From Convolutriloba macropyga (lineage: Eukaryota), in contig NC_134470.1 of assembly GCF_964194025.1 (NCBI RefSeq), forward strand, positions 80,166,001-80,230,000: a DNA stretch of 64,000 nucleotides. The letters run 5' to 3'. The notes under the pieces are model-generated. The model made no database searches and was not told the origin of the DNA. It worked only from the letters and a program-made list of their open reading frames with translations. Positions 13,005 through 25,500 of this stretch are shown piece by piece. A program made the translations under genes and the position numbers. Numbering within the stretch: position 1 is the stretch's first letter; every line of letters begins with the position of its first letter.

Positions 13005-14190
13005 TTGAAAAAATTTGAAAACAATTGCAAATTTTAACAAAATCTTGCTAAAATTCAAGACAATAATATTTTGAGAACCTTTTCATTGTCTTGGGACTAT
13101 CCAGTATCCCTGTTTCAAGCCTGAAATAGTTTCACTGGCTCAAAGATCCACACGATTGGAACAAAAATTTTCCAAAAATTTGAAAATTTATCCAAATATT
13201 GCTAAAACTGGAGTAAAAAAATGTTGATCACACTCCCATTAACTCTAGAAACTATGCAGCAGCTTATTATCAAACCTTGGAGGCGGTCCCAGGGCCTCTG
13301 TTGCAAGAAAAAATTCAAAAACATGAAATAATTGCAAATATTTTAAAAAATTGCTTAAATTCGTGATATTAAAATCTTGAAGAACATTCCATTACATCTA
13401 TAAACTATGCAGTTAACTTATTATCAAACGCTAGAGGAAGTTCCATGGCCCTTGAGAATAGATAAACCTAAAAAAATGACAAAAAATTTCAAAAAACTTG
13501 CAAAATTGCAAGTTTTATTTTTAAAAAATTGCTAAAACTTGTGATATTAAAAAGTTGAAAATTAACCCATGACCAACAAATATTTTCCAGTAACTTAATA
13601 TCAAACCCTAACGGTGGCTTTTTTGACCCCTGAGACTCGAAAAAAACTGAATAATGACTATAAATATTTACAAAAATTGGAAAATAGAAAAAAAATATTA
13701 AAAATATGATAAAATTCGTGATGTTAAACCTTGCAAGACATTCCATTTAATCTAGAAATGATTCGGTAACCTATTTGCAAACACTAGAGGAGGTTGCTTG
13801 GCTCTTAAGGCTGAAAAAAGAATAAAAAAAAACAAATATTTCAAAAAACAAGTAAGCTTTATCAAAAAAATTGTTAAAACTTGTGACAATAAAAATTTGA
13901 AACACTATTCCATGACCTTTAAAAATTTCAGTAACTTATTATCAAACCCCATAGCATGTTTTCTGGCCCCTGGGTATGGAAAGAACTGAATAAGGAAAAA
14001 AATGTCAAAAAATTTGAAAAAATTGCACGTTTTGTCAAAAGATTGGTAAAATTCGTGATGTTAAAATGTTGAAACCATTACATTAACACTAAAAACAATG
14101 CAGCAAGCTATTATCAAACCCCTGAGGAGGTTCCTTAACACCTAGGGCTCATAAAAAAACAAAAATTATCAAAATGCTTGAAAAAAATTG
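13005..14190. repeat. Diverged tandem array, ~170-180 bp unit, about 7 copies
   Basis: Recurring ttgctaaaa(c/t)t(c/t)gtgat and (a/g)cttattatcaaacc at roughly 175 bp spacing. Confidence 0.8.
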
Positions 14191-15082
14191 CGGGGGTGTC
14201 TTCAACCTCTAAGAACCGCCCTTCACACCATAAGTATAAGTCTCCAAAACAGTTTGAGCTGAGACAGAGCTGAAAGGCTCTAAGAGCACTTAATGCCCGC
14301 AGGTCGCTACCTGTTTATCCCGTTTTTGAGGACGAAAAGTCAAAAGCGTCAGACGAAAAATCGGTCAAGCGAAAGATCGCATAAAAAAAGACCTACAGGA
14401 CTAATATAATTGCTACAAACTTCGTTTGAGAGCAATTAATAATTTTGAAGGAAATTATGTATTAGATTTGCGCTAAATTTCTCAACCTGGCCATCCGCAA
14501 ACTCTAACTCTCAAATCCCTCTGAATTTTTCTAGCGCAGATTAGTTTGAACGATCTGCTCTGAAAATCTAAAGAACACAAATAAAAAAGATAACAAAAGT
14601 TTTCCATCTTCACTTTTCATTAATATTGGCTGATTTGATGTTCATTCGCTGAACTCCTTTTTTATTCTCCAATTTTTTAAGAATACTGAAATGGTTAGCT
14701 CCGTTGAAAACGAGTTCTTTAAAATAAACAACTATATAAACTGAAACATGCATTTTCTGCCTTGTTTCACCTATTCAAAACTGATTTTTGCAATTTGAGA
14801 TCTAATTGCCTTAAATTTTCCAGAATTTTTTTGATAGAGAAAAAAGATGGTTCGTGTTTTACTTTATAACCAGCACAATACATATAGCAGGTTAAAAATG
14901 TTTTTAAACAACATTTTGAGAAATCAAATGGACTTTTTAGGAAATTTTTGGTTAAATTGATAATTTTTATCTTGAAACTGGTAATTACGGTGCGTAAACA
15001 AAAAGTGAAAATTTGATTGAAGAAAAAGCCAGCCTCGCATATATATTCCCACATTTTTGAAAAAAAGTTGGAACAACTAGTA

Positions 15083-15132
15083 AGGTGAACAACCCGTGGA
15101 TTCCAGAAGCCATAACTGCTACTACTACTAAT
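15083..15132 (+). mobile_element. 3' terminal remnant of a LINE/SINE with (ACT)n tail
   Basis: ggtgaacaacccgtggattccagaagccataactgctactactact matches the 3' end of the minus-strand LINE at 17313-17360. Confidence 0.75.
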
Positions 15133-15980
15133 AAACATTCATCCTCTACCAGTTGTTGTTGTAGCTGTCGCACATAGCTGCAAGCTGCAGGTAATTTTGG
15201 CGTGATACCCGAGCTTAATGTCATTTTCAACTGCTACCCTAGTTGCATTTGTATCATAATAAAAATAGATATATTGGTAGTATAGCCTATCTACAACTTT
15301 CTTGTGGTGCGGCAACCGTTCTGCATCTACGCCATGGTGAATGACATACGGTCCCCGGTTTACGGGGCCAGGAGGGGCATCGTCAACATCGGGGGAAAGG
15401 GGCAAGGAAGGCGGATTATTTTGTGCAGTGTTGTGTGGTCGTGTAGGACTGATGCTATTAAGTCCAGCCATTTGGTTACCTCTACTGGTCTTTCCCACAG
15501 GTCCATCACTTTCAGGTCCGTGTTGTCTTCCTGAGGGACGGCTGATCGGTTTTAAATGTTTTTACCCTATGCTCTTTACCCTATGGATTGAGAACCCCAT
15601 TACGTTTTCTTGCAAGGCATTTCAACTTATTGAAACTTCAATCAGAAACTGGAGCAAAATATACCCCAGGGCTTTTAAACAAAAAATTCTTATAAAAACC
15701 TGTTATGTCAATCAACCTGGACTAGGAGTAGAGGATCTTTTCTATTTTGCCCCCCCTCCCTCACCGTCCTATATAACCAGTCTGTTTGCACCCCCCCCCC
15801 CCCCCCAATATAAACTTTTTGGTCCATAAGATCCCTTACTTTATTCATAATAAATTGCCGGCACCTGCAAAAAAAGAGTAGATCCGGAGAAGATTTGACA
15901 TCAGCCAACAATTCAGCCATCTTTCATTATTTCTGCTCAATTTACTTTTCAGTTGGACAATTCAGCTCGGCAAACTTTAC

Positions 15981-16265
15981 CTGAAACCAAGTCACGAAGA
16001 AATCGTGGATCAGCTTAACAGTCACATGCGAGCATCTTGATCGGCTAGCTTTTACGAAGCAGGAAAGTGTTTCCACAAACATACAAAGGTACGATCCTCC
16101 GAATCCCACAAATAGCATAATCCATATATGATGCTCGTCTAAAGGAAATAGACAATCAAATAATGTCCACATGGTAAACCATACTATAGCTGCGCTCCAT
16201 GCCACGAAGAGCGCAGTGATCACATCGACAACTTTAGAGATCGTTCCCTTAGGTAATACAGCCAT
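15981..16265 (-). CDS. Fuseless-family membrane protein, first recognisable coding exon (95 codons)
   Basis: ATG at 16265; hydrophobic helices DVITALFVAWSAAIVWFTMWTLFDCLFP and IWIMLFVGFGGSYLCMFV. Ends WFQ at a phase-0 donor cag|gtaaag that joins in frame to the 7041 exon. Confidence 0.75.
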
Positions 16266-16399
16266 TTCTAAGTTGTTTTCTTCAATCTTGTAATGCTTTG
16301 TTCAATAATTACATAGTACATTTGCTATCTCTATAAATGATTAAGTCAATATTAGCTACAGCTTAGATCTATCGAGATCTTGAGAACAGTATTTAGTAT

Positions 16400-17312
16400 T
16401 CGCAAACATGAGCTTCTTTTAATCTGATATGCAAATAGATAGAGCTGTCACATGAAATCGTCAAGGTGAGAAAGTTGGCATACAGATCTGCAAATTGAAA
16501 TTTAGGTATCACTCAGAAAAAGGCTCCATTAAATAAGTTTATATTAGTTGGAACTTTCCGTTTTATATTTGGATCTTTCCGAAGAGATCCAAACATTTTC
16601 TACAAAAATTCTGTCTCAAAACGAAGAACTGATCGTCCGGGACAACAGCAGAAGATCGATGACTCCTGGTGTTTCAAAATTATTGATGCAGCTTTCATGG
16701 CAAAATCATACATTACCGTTCTTTACCATCATGGATGGTTAATTAAATCAAGCAATAGGGTCATCACGCTCAATGTAAAGGCACCAACAGCCGCAGAGCT
16801 TTCTACAAGCTTAAGAATACTCTACCTTGGAGCACTCCATCACATATCAAGTTCTTAACTTGTAGTATATTCTCGGCTCGCTGCGGTGCCGTGAATATAT
16901 TGCAAGAAACAAGTTGCAGATTCCAGAAACAAGTTGAAGATTCCATAGAACTCGCTAAATGCTTATTCAATGAGAAATTTAACTTACAGCATCCAAGAGT
17001 GTGTTTCAAGATTATTAGAAGTCTCAGAACGACCCAGAACTACCCGACCACGCTGTATCTAGGCGACGAATCGTCTTCGTCCGCTGTCGGTAAAGCAACC
17101 CTTTTCAATAAGTTTTTCGGCTCCGTCTATAGCGCAAAACAATGTTACCAACCCTTTCGCACTGCAAATAATATTGTTGTATGCGACATTATTTACACTA
17201 CTGCTCAAATTGAAATCCTACTGCTTCAAAATGAAAACTCCCTTGCAATGGGCCATGATGGAATCCCAAGTTCACGTCATGTGATGTAAAAGCACCTCTG
17301 GTGTACCAGTTA
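16400..17312 (+). mobile_element. LINE A (CR1/L2-group-like), 5' part: EN-RT linker, decayed
   Basis: ORF 16891-17289 has KATLFNKFFGSVY and AMGHDGIP, typical pre-RT motifs of APE-type LINEs. Left boundary is approximate. Confidence 0.8.
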
Positions 17313-19023
17313 TAGTAGTAGTAGTAGTTCAGGCTTCTGCAATGCACGGGTTGAAGCACCCTTGTTGATCGTTATAAATGAGATATTTTCGAAAGGGGGT
17401 TACAGTTTTTGCACAGGCAGCAAATTCTCCAAGTGCACATGTCAATTTCGTTAAAACTTCTAAAAAAGAATTTCCAATAAATGTCGCTGATCCGATATTT
17501 TATATTTTTGTTGTCTGTAAGGTCTGTCTGTTTGTTGACAATATTATAGAGATAGGCTGTTCTCGACCAGAAATTTTCGTCGCTTTTGAATAATCGTTTT
17601 TTCGTAAGTTTGATTTCACATTTCGCGCCTTGTCTCGTCCGATTATTGATGTTGAAATGTATAAACTTTTATGGCAATGTTGTATTTATTGTTTATGAGA
17701 TCACATAGTAGTAATAAGCTGTGAAGTTCGAAGTAAAAAGACAGAGGTAGAATTTTCAGTTTGATTAAACGCTCCTTATATGTGAGAGAAGAACCTATTA
17801 TCCATTTCGTCGCACTTTTTTGGATTCTTTCGATGAGTACTAGATCGCATTTAGACGGATACCACACTTGGCAGGCGTAGGATATAATTGGTACAATGTA
17901 ACCCGTGTATGCGTTTAATTTAACTTGAGGGAGAGTTCTGTGGTGAAGATTTCTTCTGAGGTACCAAAGTGCTTTAAGAGTTTTGGAGGCTCGTGTGCTT
18001 GCGTTTTGATGCCAAGTGAGGTTATCACAAACTTGTTGTATTCCGAGATCTTTTTGATGAGACGAGATGTTGACAGTTTCATTTTTTATTGTAAAGAGTG
18101 ACTTTTTCTTGAAACAGAGGATCTTGCATTTGTTTTCATGGAGGCGCATTTCGTTGTTATTGCACCATTCATTTAATTTCTGGAGATCAGTTTGAAGTTC
18201 ATGTTTGTTATTAGAGAGCAATTTGTAATCATCTGCATAACCGTAGGTTTGTCTGTATTCGATTTTTTGTGTTAAATCATTTATGTAGACGAGAAAAAGT
18301 AGTGGCCCCAGGATTGAACCTTGCGGTACGCCGCTAGTGACGTCACGAGGGCTCGACGTTGAGGTTCCAATGCGAACACGTTGTTTTCTGTCGTCACAGT
18401 AGTTGGCTATTAATCTGAGCGCTTTTCCCCCCATCCCTGATTCCGACAGTTTAGCAACAACGCGGTGGTCGGGTACTGTATCAAACGCTTTCTGGAAATC
18501 TAGGTAGAAAACGAAAAGTTCATCATGTGCAATTGAGTCGACTTCTTTGTACAGTTGGTCTAGAAAGCATAACATTTGAATAATTGCTGAACGTTGAGGC
18601 CGAAAACCAGACTGGGAATCGTGAAGTGTTTCTTTAACGTGCTCATAGAGTTTGTTGAAAATAAGTTTCTCGAAAACTTTTGAGAGGCAACATAGGCAAT
18701 TAATTGGTCTATACATTTTGATCGCGGCTTTATCGCCCTCTTTGTGTATTGGTGTTATGTCACTTTGTTTCCAATATGCTGGAAATTTACCTTTGTTAAT
18801 GAATGTTTGAAAAAGTAGAAGTAAGGATCTGCTTATTGTTTTTGATAGATTTTTCAGAAACAGGTTACTTATATCATCGGGGCCGTTGGCTTTACTAGTA
18901 TCGAGTTTGTTTAGTATACTTTCAATTTCTTTTTCTGAAAAATATCAAAGCAATTAAGATCTTTTTCTTCAAAATTGAACTGGTTCTCAACATTTGATAT
19001 TTTTGAATTGAAAATGGATATGC
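17313..19023 (-). mobile_element. LINE B, 5'-truncated and relatively intact, inserted into LINE A
   Basis: RT ORF plus (ACT)n tail, seen as agtagtagtagtagt at 17313-17327. Confidence 0.95.
17643..18940 (-). CDS. Non-LTR retrotransposon reverse transcriptase (frame open upstream of the 18716 ATG)
   Basis: KANGPDDI, FPAYWKQSDITPIHKEG, YRPINCL, YLDFQKAFD, SGVPQGSILGPLLF, YADD. Confidence 0.95.
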
Positions 19024-19026
19024 AGA

Positions 19027-19077
19027 TGCAAATGGATATGCGAGCAGAAAATTTGGCAAGAGGTGTGGAAAATATCA
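19027..19077 (+). mobile_element. LINE A middle sliver between two insertions
   Basis: Translates KWICEQKIWQEVWKIS, bridging APLVYQL (17292-17311) and YATPI-KSG (33990 onward). Confidence 0.75.
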
Positions 19078-19501
19078 TGTGAGTGTCACACGTATATTTA
19101 AAAAAATGTACTAAAAACCTTCGGTTTCAAGGTTAAAGATTTAGTTTAAAATTTGATTTATTAACACTGTTGATAGGTGTCAGAAAAGAAAAAAGACCCG
19201 TGATTAGACAAAGCTCGGGCTTTGAGCGAAATCAACGAAACTGACATATCTTTGTTGACTTGGTTAATTTACCACGAGGATAGCAACGATATTGAGTACC
19301 GACCAAAGCAAGAATTAAATTCATTCATTGAACACCAAAATAACCATCAGATCTAACCACTCCATTAAATTTTAATTTATTTAAACCAACCTTTCTTCGC
19401 CTAAATCTACTTAACAATTTAACTTATAACTTTGCTTTTTAACCAAGAATCACGCTCAATTAGCCAAAGAAATAGAGTATTGCGCACCGGCGGCTTCTAT
19501 A
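19078..19501 (+). repeat. Gypsy 5' LTR (TG...TA)
   Basis: tgtgagtgtcacacgta ... ggcggcttctata; homologous to 33558-33985. Confidence 0.92.
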
Positions 19502-22500
19502 GTGGCGATAGAGATTAAAACTAAATGAAAAACCACCACCCTATAATATTGAGCGTAATACTGATTTCTAAAGAAATCTATTTTTTTTGAAAATCAGCTG
19601 TCCGACACAAATCTGACGTCTAAACATCAAGACACGAAATAGGAATTTTGAACTGGTGTCGGGATTAGACAAGGAACACTGCCATCTTCCAACGTTCAAG
19701 TGAGAACTCCCTCGAAATTTCGAATATCGTAAACCTGTTCGTACATGTTTTTTTGATTAAAAAAATAGCCTTTAAAATCAAGCGTATTTGAATTCGACAT
19801 AGTTTGACTTAAAATACACCATTGCAACTCTTTTTTTTGAATTTTTTTCAAGAAAAAAATACAGTGTCAATATGATTCAAAAGCTGCTGAGTTAAAGTGT
19901 CAAAAGGTAGTTCGGGTTTCGATTATAGTTAATGAAATAATTTGACAAACAGCAGCATTTAAATAAAACACTGATGGCGCAGCTCTCCTCAAAAACGCTG
20001 TTTCCGGGGCTTTTTACGGGTTCGAACGATTTTGAAAGTTATGTTAAACACTTTGAGCTCTTGTAACAACTTCAGAACTGGCAAAGAAAAGAAACAGTAA
20101 ACGGAGACAAAACCGAAATTGATGAACGGCAGCATTATTTGCGTTAAGGCTATAAAATTCGGCTATTGATTTCTATTGTACACTTTCGGAGGACACTAGG
20201 AAGAGCAATGATGAGACCGTAAAAATTTTCAGAAAAAATTATAATGAGAAATTTATAGTTTTCCGGGGGAGGGTTGCTAGGAGAGTCCAGCAGACTGGTG
20301 AACACTTAACAAATTGTCACGGTGATTTGCAAACTTTAGCCTTGAAAGCGTACCCTCAGGAGTCTAATAAGATCAGAGAACATCTCATTTTGAGGAAGTT
20401 CCTTGAAGGCATAGAAATCAGTCAGGTGCGACTCGACATGAGAGAGAACTTGGGGACGCGGATGTGACTTGAGACAAAGCCTTAGAAAGAGCACTACATA
20501 TTGGAGCAGTCACGAGAATTATGGAGGTGGATGAAGAGCTGCGGGTTTCTGCCACCCAGTTGACCAGTTGAATGAAAACACTCAAATAGTTATTTTTATT
20601 AACGATTTAGTGCGCACACCGCAGACTAACCAATCTAACATGCAAGATAATCAAAAATTTTCATCGCAAGGAGCGAGGCCAAAAAATTTCGAGCGAAATC
20701 AACGAAACCGAAATATCTTTGTTGACTTGATTAATTTACCCGGTGATAGCAACGATATTGGGTATCGACCAAAGCGAGCATTAAATTCATTAGTTGAACA
20801 CCAAACTTACCATCAGATCTAACCACTCCATTAAATCTTAATCAATTTAAACCAACTTTTCTTCACCTTATTTTACTTAACAATTTCACTTCTAACTTTG
20901 CCTTTTAATCAAGTATCACGCTCAATTAGCCAAAGAAATAGAATATTGCGCACCGGCGGCTACTATAGTGGCGACAGAGTTTAAAAGTAAATGAAAAACC
21001 ACCACCCTATAATATTGAGCGTAATACTGATTTCTAAAAGAAATCTGTTTTTTTTTTGAAAATCAACTGTCCAACAAAAGTCTGACGTCTAAACATCAAG
21101 ACACGAAAGAGAATTTTGAACTGGTGTCGGGATTAGACAAGGAAACTGCCGTCTTTGATTTTTCAAGTGAGTACTCCTTCAAAATTTCGAATATCGTAAA
21201 TCTGTTCGAACATGTTTTTTTCATAAAAAAATAGCCTATAAAATCTAGCGTATTTGAATTCGACATAGTTTGACTTAAAATTCACCATTGGAACTCGAGT
21301 TTTTTTGAATTTTTCAAGAAAAAAATACAGTATCAATAAGATCCAAAAACTGCTGAATTAATGTGTCAAAAAGTAGTTCGGGTTTCGAACATAATTATTG
21401 AAATAATTTGAAAAACAGCAGCATTTAAATAAAACACTGATGGCGCGGCTCTCCTCAAAAACGCTGTACCGAGTCTTTTAACGGGTTCGAACGATTTTGA
21501 AAGTTATGTTTCACACTTTGAGCTCTTGTAACAACTTCAGAACTGGCAAAGAAAAGAAACAGTAAACGGAGACAAAACCGAAATTGATGAACGGCAGCAT
21601 TATTTGCGTTAAGGCTATAAAATTCGGCCCTTGATTTCTATTGTACACTTTTGGGGGACACTAGGAAGAGCAATGATGAGACCGTAAAAATTTTCAGACA
21701 AAATTATAATGAGAAACTTATAGTTTTCCGGGGGAGGCTCGCTAGGAGAGTCCAGCAGACGGGTGAACAATTAACAAATTGTCTCGGTGATTTGCAAACT
21801 TTAGCCTTGAAAGCGTACCCTCATCAGTCTAATAAGATCAGAGAACATCTCATTTTGAGTAGGTTTCTGGAAGGCTTAGAAATCAGTCAGGTGCGACTCG
21901 CCATGAGAGAGAACTTGGGGACGCGGATGTGACTTGAGACAAAGCCTTAGAAAGAGCAATACATATTGGAGCAGTCACGAGAATTGAGGAGGGGGATAAA
22001 GAGCTGCGGGTTTCTGCCATCCAGCTGAATGTAAACACTCAAATAGTTATTTTATTAACGATTTAGTGCGCACACCGCAGACTAACCAATCTAACATGCA
22101 AGATAATCAAAAGTTATCATCGCAAGGAGCGAGACCAAAAAACTTTGAGCGAAATCAACGAAACCGAAATATCTTTGTTGACTTGATTAATTTACCTCGG
22201 TGATAGCAACGTTATTGGGTATCGATCAAAGCGAGAATTAAATTCATTAATTGAACACCAAACTTACCATCAGATTTAACCACTCCATTAAATCTTAATC
22301 AATTTAAACCAACTTTTCTTCACCTTATTTTACTTAACAATTTAACTTCTAACTTTGCCTTTTAATCAAGTATCACGCTCAATTAGCCAAAGAAATAGAG
22401 TTTTGCGCACCGGCGGCTACTATAGTGGCGACAGAGATTAAAACTTAATGGAAAACCACCACCCTATAATATTGAGGGTAATACTGATTTCTAAAAGAAA

Positions 22501-25500
22501 TCTGTTTTTTTTTTGAAAATCAACTGTCCGACACAAGTCTGACGTCTAAACATCAAGACACGAAATAGGAATTTTGAACTGGTGTCGGGATTAGACAAGG
22601 AACACTGCCATCTTCCAACTTTCAAGTGAGAACTCCCTCGAAATTTCGAATATCGTAAATTTGTTCGTACATGTTTTTTTGACAAAAAAATAGCGTTCAA
22701 AATCAAGCGTATTTGAAAACGAAATAGTTTGACTTAAAACACATCATTGGAACTCGAGTTTTTTAAAATTCTTTCCAAGAAAAAAATACAGTGTCAATAA
22801 GATTCCAAATTTGCTGAGTTAGAGTGTCAAAAAGTAGTTCAGTTTTCGAACATAATTATTGAAATATTTTAAAAAACAGCAGCATTTAAATAAAACACTA
22901 ATGGCGCAGCTCTCCTCAAAAACGCTGTTTCCGGGGCTTTTTTCAAATTCGAACGATTTTGAAAGTTATGTTAAACACTTTGAGCTCTTGTAACAACTTC
23001 AGAACTAGCAAAGAAAAGAAACAGTAAACGGAGACAAAACCGAAATTGATGAACGGAAGCATTATTTGCATTAAGGCTATAAAATTCGGCTATTGATTTC
23101 TATTGTACACTTTCGGAGGACACTAGGAAGAGCAATAATGAGACCGTAAAAATTTTCAGACAAAATTATAATGAGAAACTTATAGTTTTCCGGGGGAGGG
23201 TCGCTAGGAGAGTCCAGCAGACGCGTGAACAATTAACAAATTGTCTCGGTGATTTGCAAACTTTAGCCTTGAAAGCGTACCCTCAGGAGTCTAATAAGAT
23301 CAGAGAACATCTCATTTTGAGGAGGTTTCTGGAAGGCTTAGAAATCAGTCAGGTGCGACTCGCCATGAGAGAGAACTTGGGGACGCGGATGTGACTTGAG
23401 ACAAAGCCTTAGAAAGAGCAATACATATTGGAGCAGTCACGAGAAGTGAGGAGGGGGATAAAGAGCTGCGGGTTTCTGCCATCCAGTTGAATGTAAACAC
23501 TCAAATAGTTAATTTTATTAACGATTTAGTGCGCACACCGCAGACTAACCAATCTAACATGCAAGATAATCAAAAGTTTTCATCGCAAGGAGCGAGGCCA
23601 AAAAATTTTGAGCGAAATCAACGAAACCGAAATATCTTTGTTGACTTGATTAATTTACCCGGTGATAGCAACGATATTGGGTATCGACTAAAGCGAGAAT
23701 TAAATTCATTAGATGAACACCAAACTTACCATCAGATCTAACCACTCCATTAAATCTTAATCAATTTAAACCAACTTTTCTTCACCTTATTTTACTTAAC
23801 AATTTAACTTCTAACTTTGCCTTTTAATCAAGTATCACGCTCAATTAGCCAAAGAAACAGAGTATTGCGCACCGGCGGTTACTATAGTGGCGACAGAGAT
23901 TAAAACTAAATGAAAAACCACCACCCTATAATATTGAGCGTAATACTGATTTCTAAAAGAAATCTGTTTTTTTTTTGAAAATCAACTGTCCGACACAAGT
24001 CTGACGTCTAAACATCAAGACACGAAATAGGAATTTTGAACTGGTGTCGGGATTAGACAAGGAACACTGCCATCTTCCAACTTTCAAGTGAGAACTCCCT
24101 CGAAATTTCGAATATCGTAAATCTGTTCGTACTTGTTTTTTCGACAAAAAAATAGCGTTCAAAATCAAGCGTATTTGAATACGAAATAGTTTGACTTATT
24201 AAAACACATCATTGGAACTCGAGTTTTTTAAAATTCTTTTCAAGAAAAAAATACAGTGTCAATAAGATTCAAAAGCTGCTGAGTTAGAGTGTCAAAAAGT
24301 AGTTCGGGTTTCGAACATAATTATTGAAATATTTAAAAAAACAGCAGCATTTAAATAAAACACTGATGGCGCAGCTCTCCTCAAAAACGCTGTTTCCGGG
24401 GCTTTTTACGGGTTCGAACGATTTTGGAAGTTATGTTAAACACTTTGAGCTCTTGTAACAACTTCAGAACTGGCAAAGAAAAGAAACAGTAAACGGAGAC
24501 AAAACCGAAATTGATGAACGGCAGCATTATTTGCGTTAAGGCTATAAAATTCGGCTATTGATTTCTATTGTACACTTTCGGAGGACACTAGGAAGAGCAA
24601 TGATGAGACCGTAAAAATTTTCAGAAAAAATTATAATGAGAAATTTATAGTTTTCCGGGGGAGGGTTGCTAGGAGAGTCCAGCAGACAGGTGAACACTTA
24701 ACAAATTGTCACGGTGATTTGCAAACTTTAGCCTTGAAAGCGTACCCTCAGGAGTCTAATAAGATCAGAGAACATCTCATTTTGAGGAAGTTCCTTGAAG
24801 GCATAGAAATCAGTCAGGTGCGACTCGACATGAGAGAGAACTTGGGGACGCGGATGTGACTTGAGACAAAGCTTTAGAAAGAGCACTACATATTGGAGCA
24901 GTCACGAGAATTATGGAGGTGGATGAAGAGCTGCGGGTTTCTGCCACCCAGTTGACCAGTTGAATGAAAACACTCAAATAGTTATTTTTATTAACGATTT
25001 AGTGCGCACACCGCAGACTAACCAATCTAACATGCAAGATAATCAAAAATTTTCATCGCAAGGAGCGAGGCCAAAAAATTTTGAGCGAAATCAACGAAAC
25101 TGAAATGTCATTGTTGACTTGATTAATTTACCACGGTGATAGTAACGATATTGGGTATCGACCAAAGCGAGAATTAAATTCATTAATTGAACACCAATCT
25201 TACCATCAGATCTAACCACTCCATTAAATCTTAATCAATTTAAACCAACTTTTCTTCACCTTATTTTACTTAACAATTTAACTACTAACTTTGCCTTTTA
25301 ATCAAGTATCACGCTCAATTAGCCAAAGAAATAGAGTATTACGCACCGGCGGCTTCTATAGTGGCGATAGAGATTAAAACCAAATGAAAAACCACCACCC
25401 TATAATATTGAGCGTAATACTGATTTCTAAAAGAAATCTGTTTTTTTTTTGAAAATCAACTGTCCGACACAAGTCTGACATCTAAACATCAAGACACGAA

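Larger units (their letters stand above)
12435..14443. repeat. Pair of ~140 bp direct repeats (12435-12573, 14299-14443)
   Basis: Both read cagg(g/t)cgctacct..ttatcccgttt ... gtcagacga ... ttgctacaaa ... tttgagagcaattaa. Confidence 0.8.

Noticed and set aside
15445-15470. Hammerhead ribozyme core (ctgatg...)
   Set aside because: Reads CTGATGC rather than CTGATGA and lacks a properly placed GAAA.
15139-15829. Overlapping ORFs of 76-162 aa as genes
   Set aside because: No recognisable domains; they are explained by locally high GC and poly-C.
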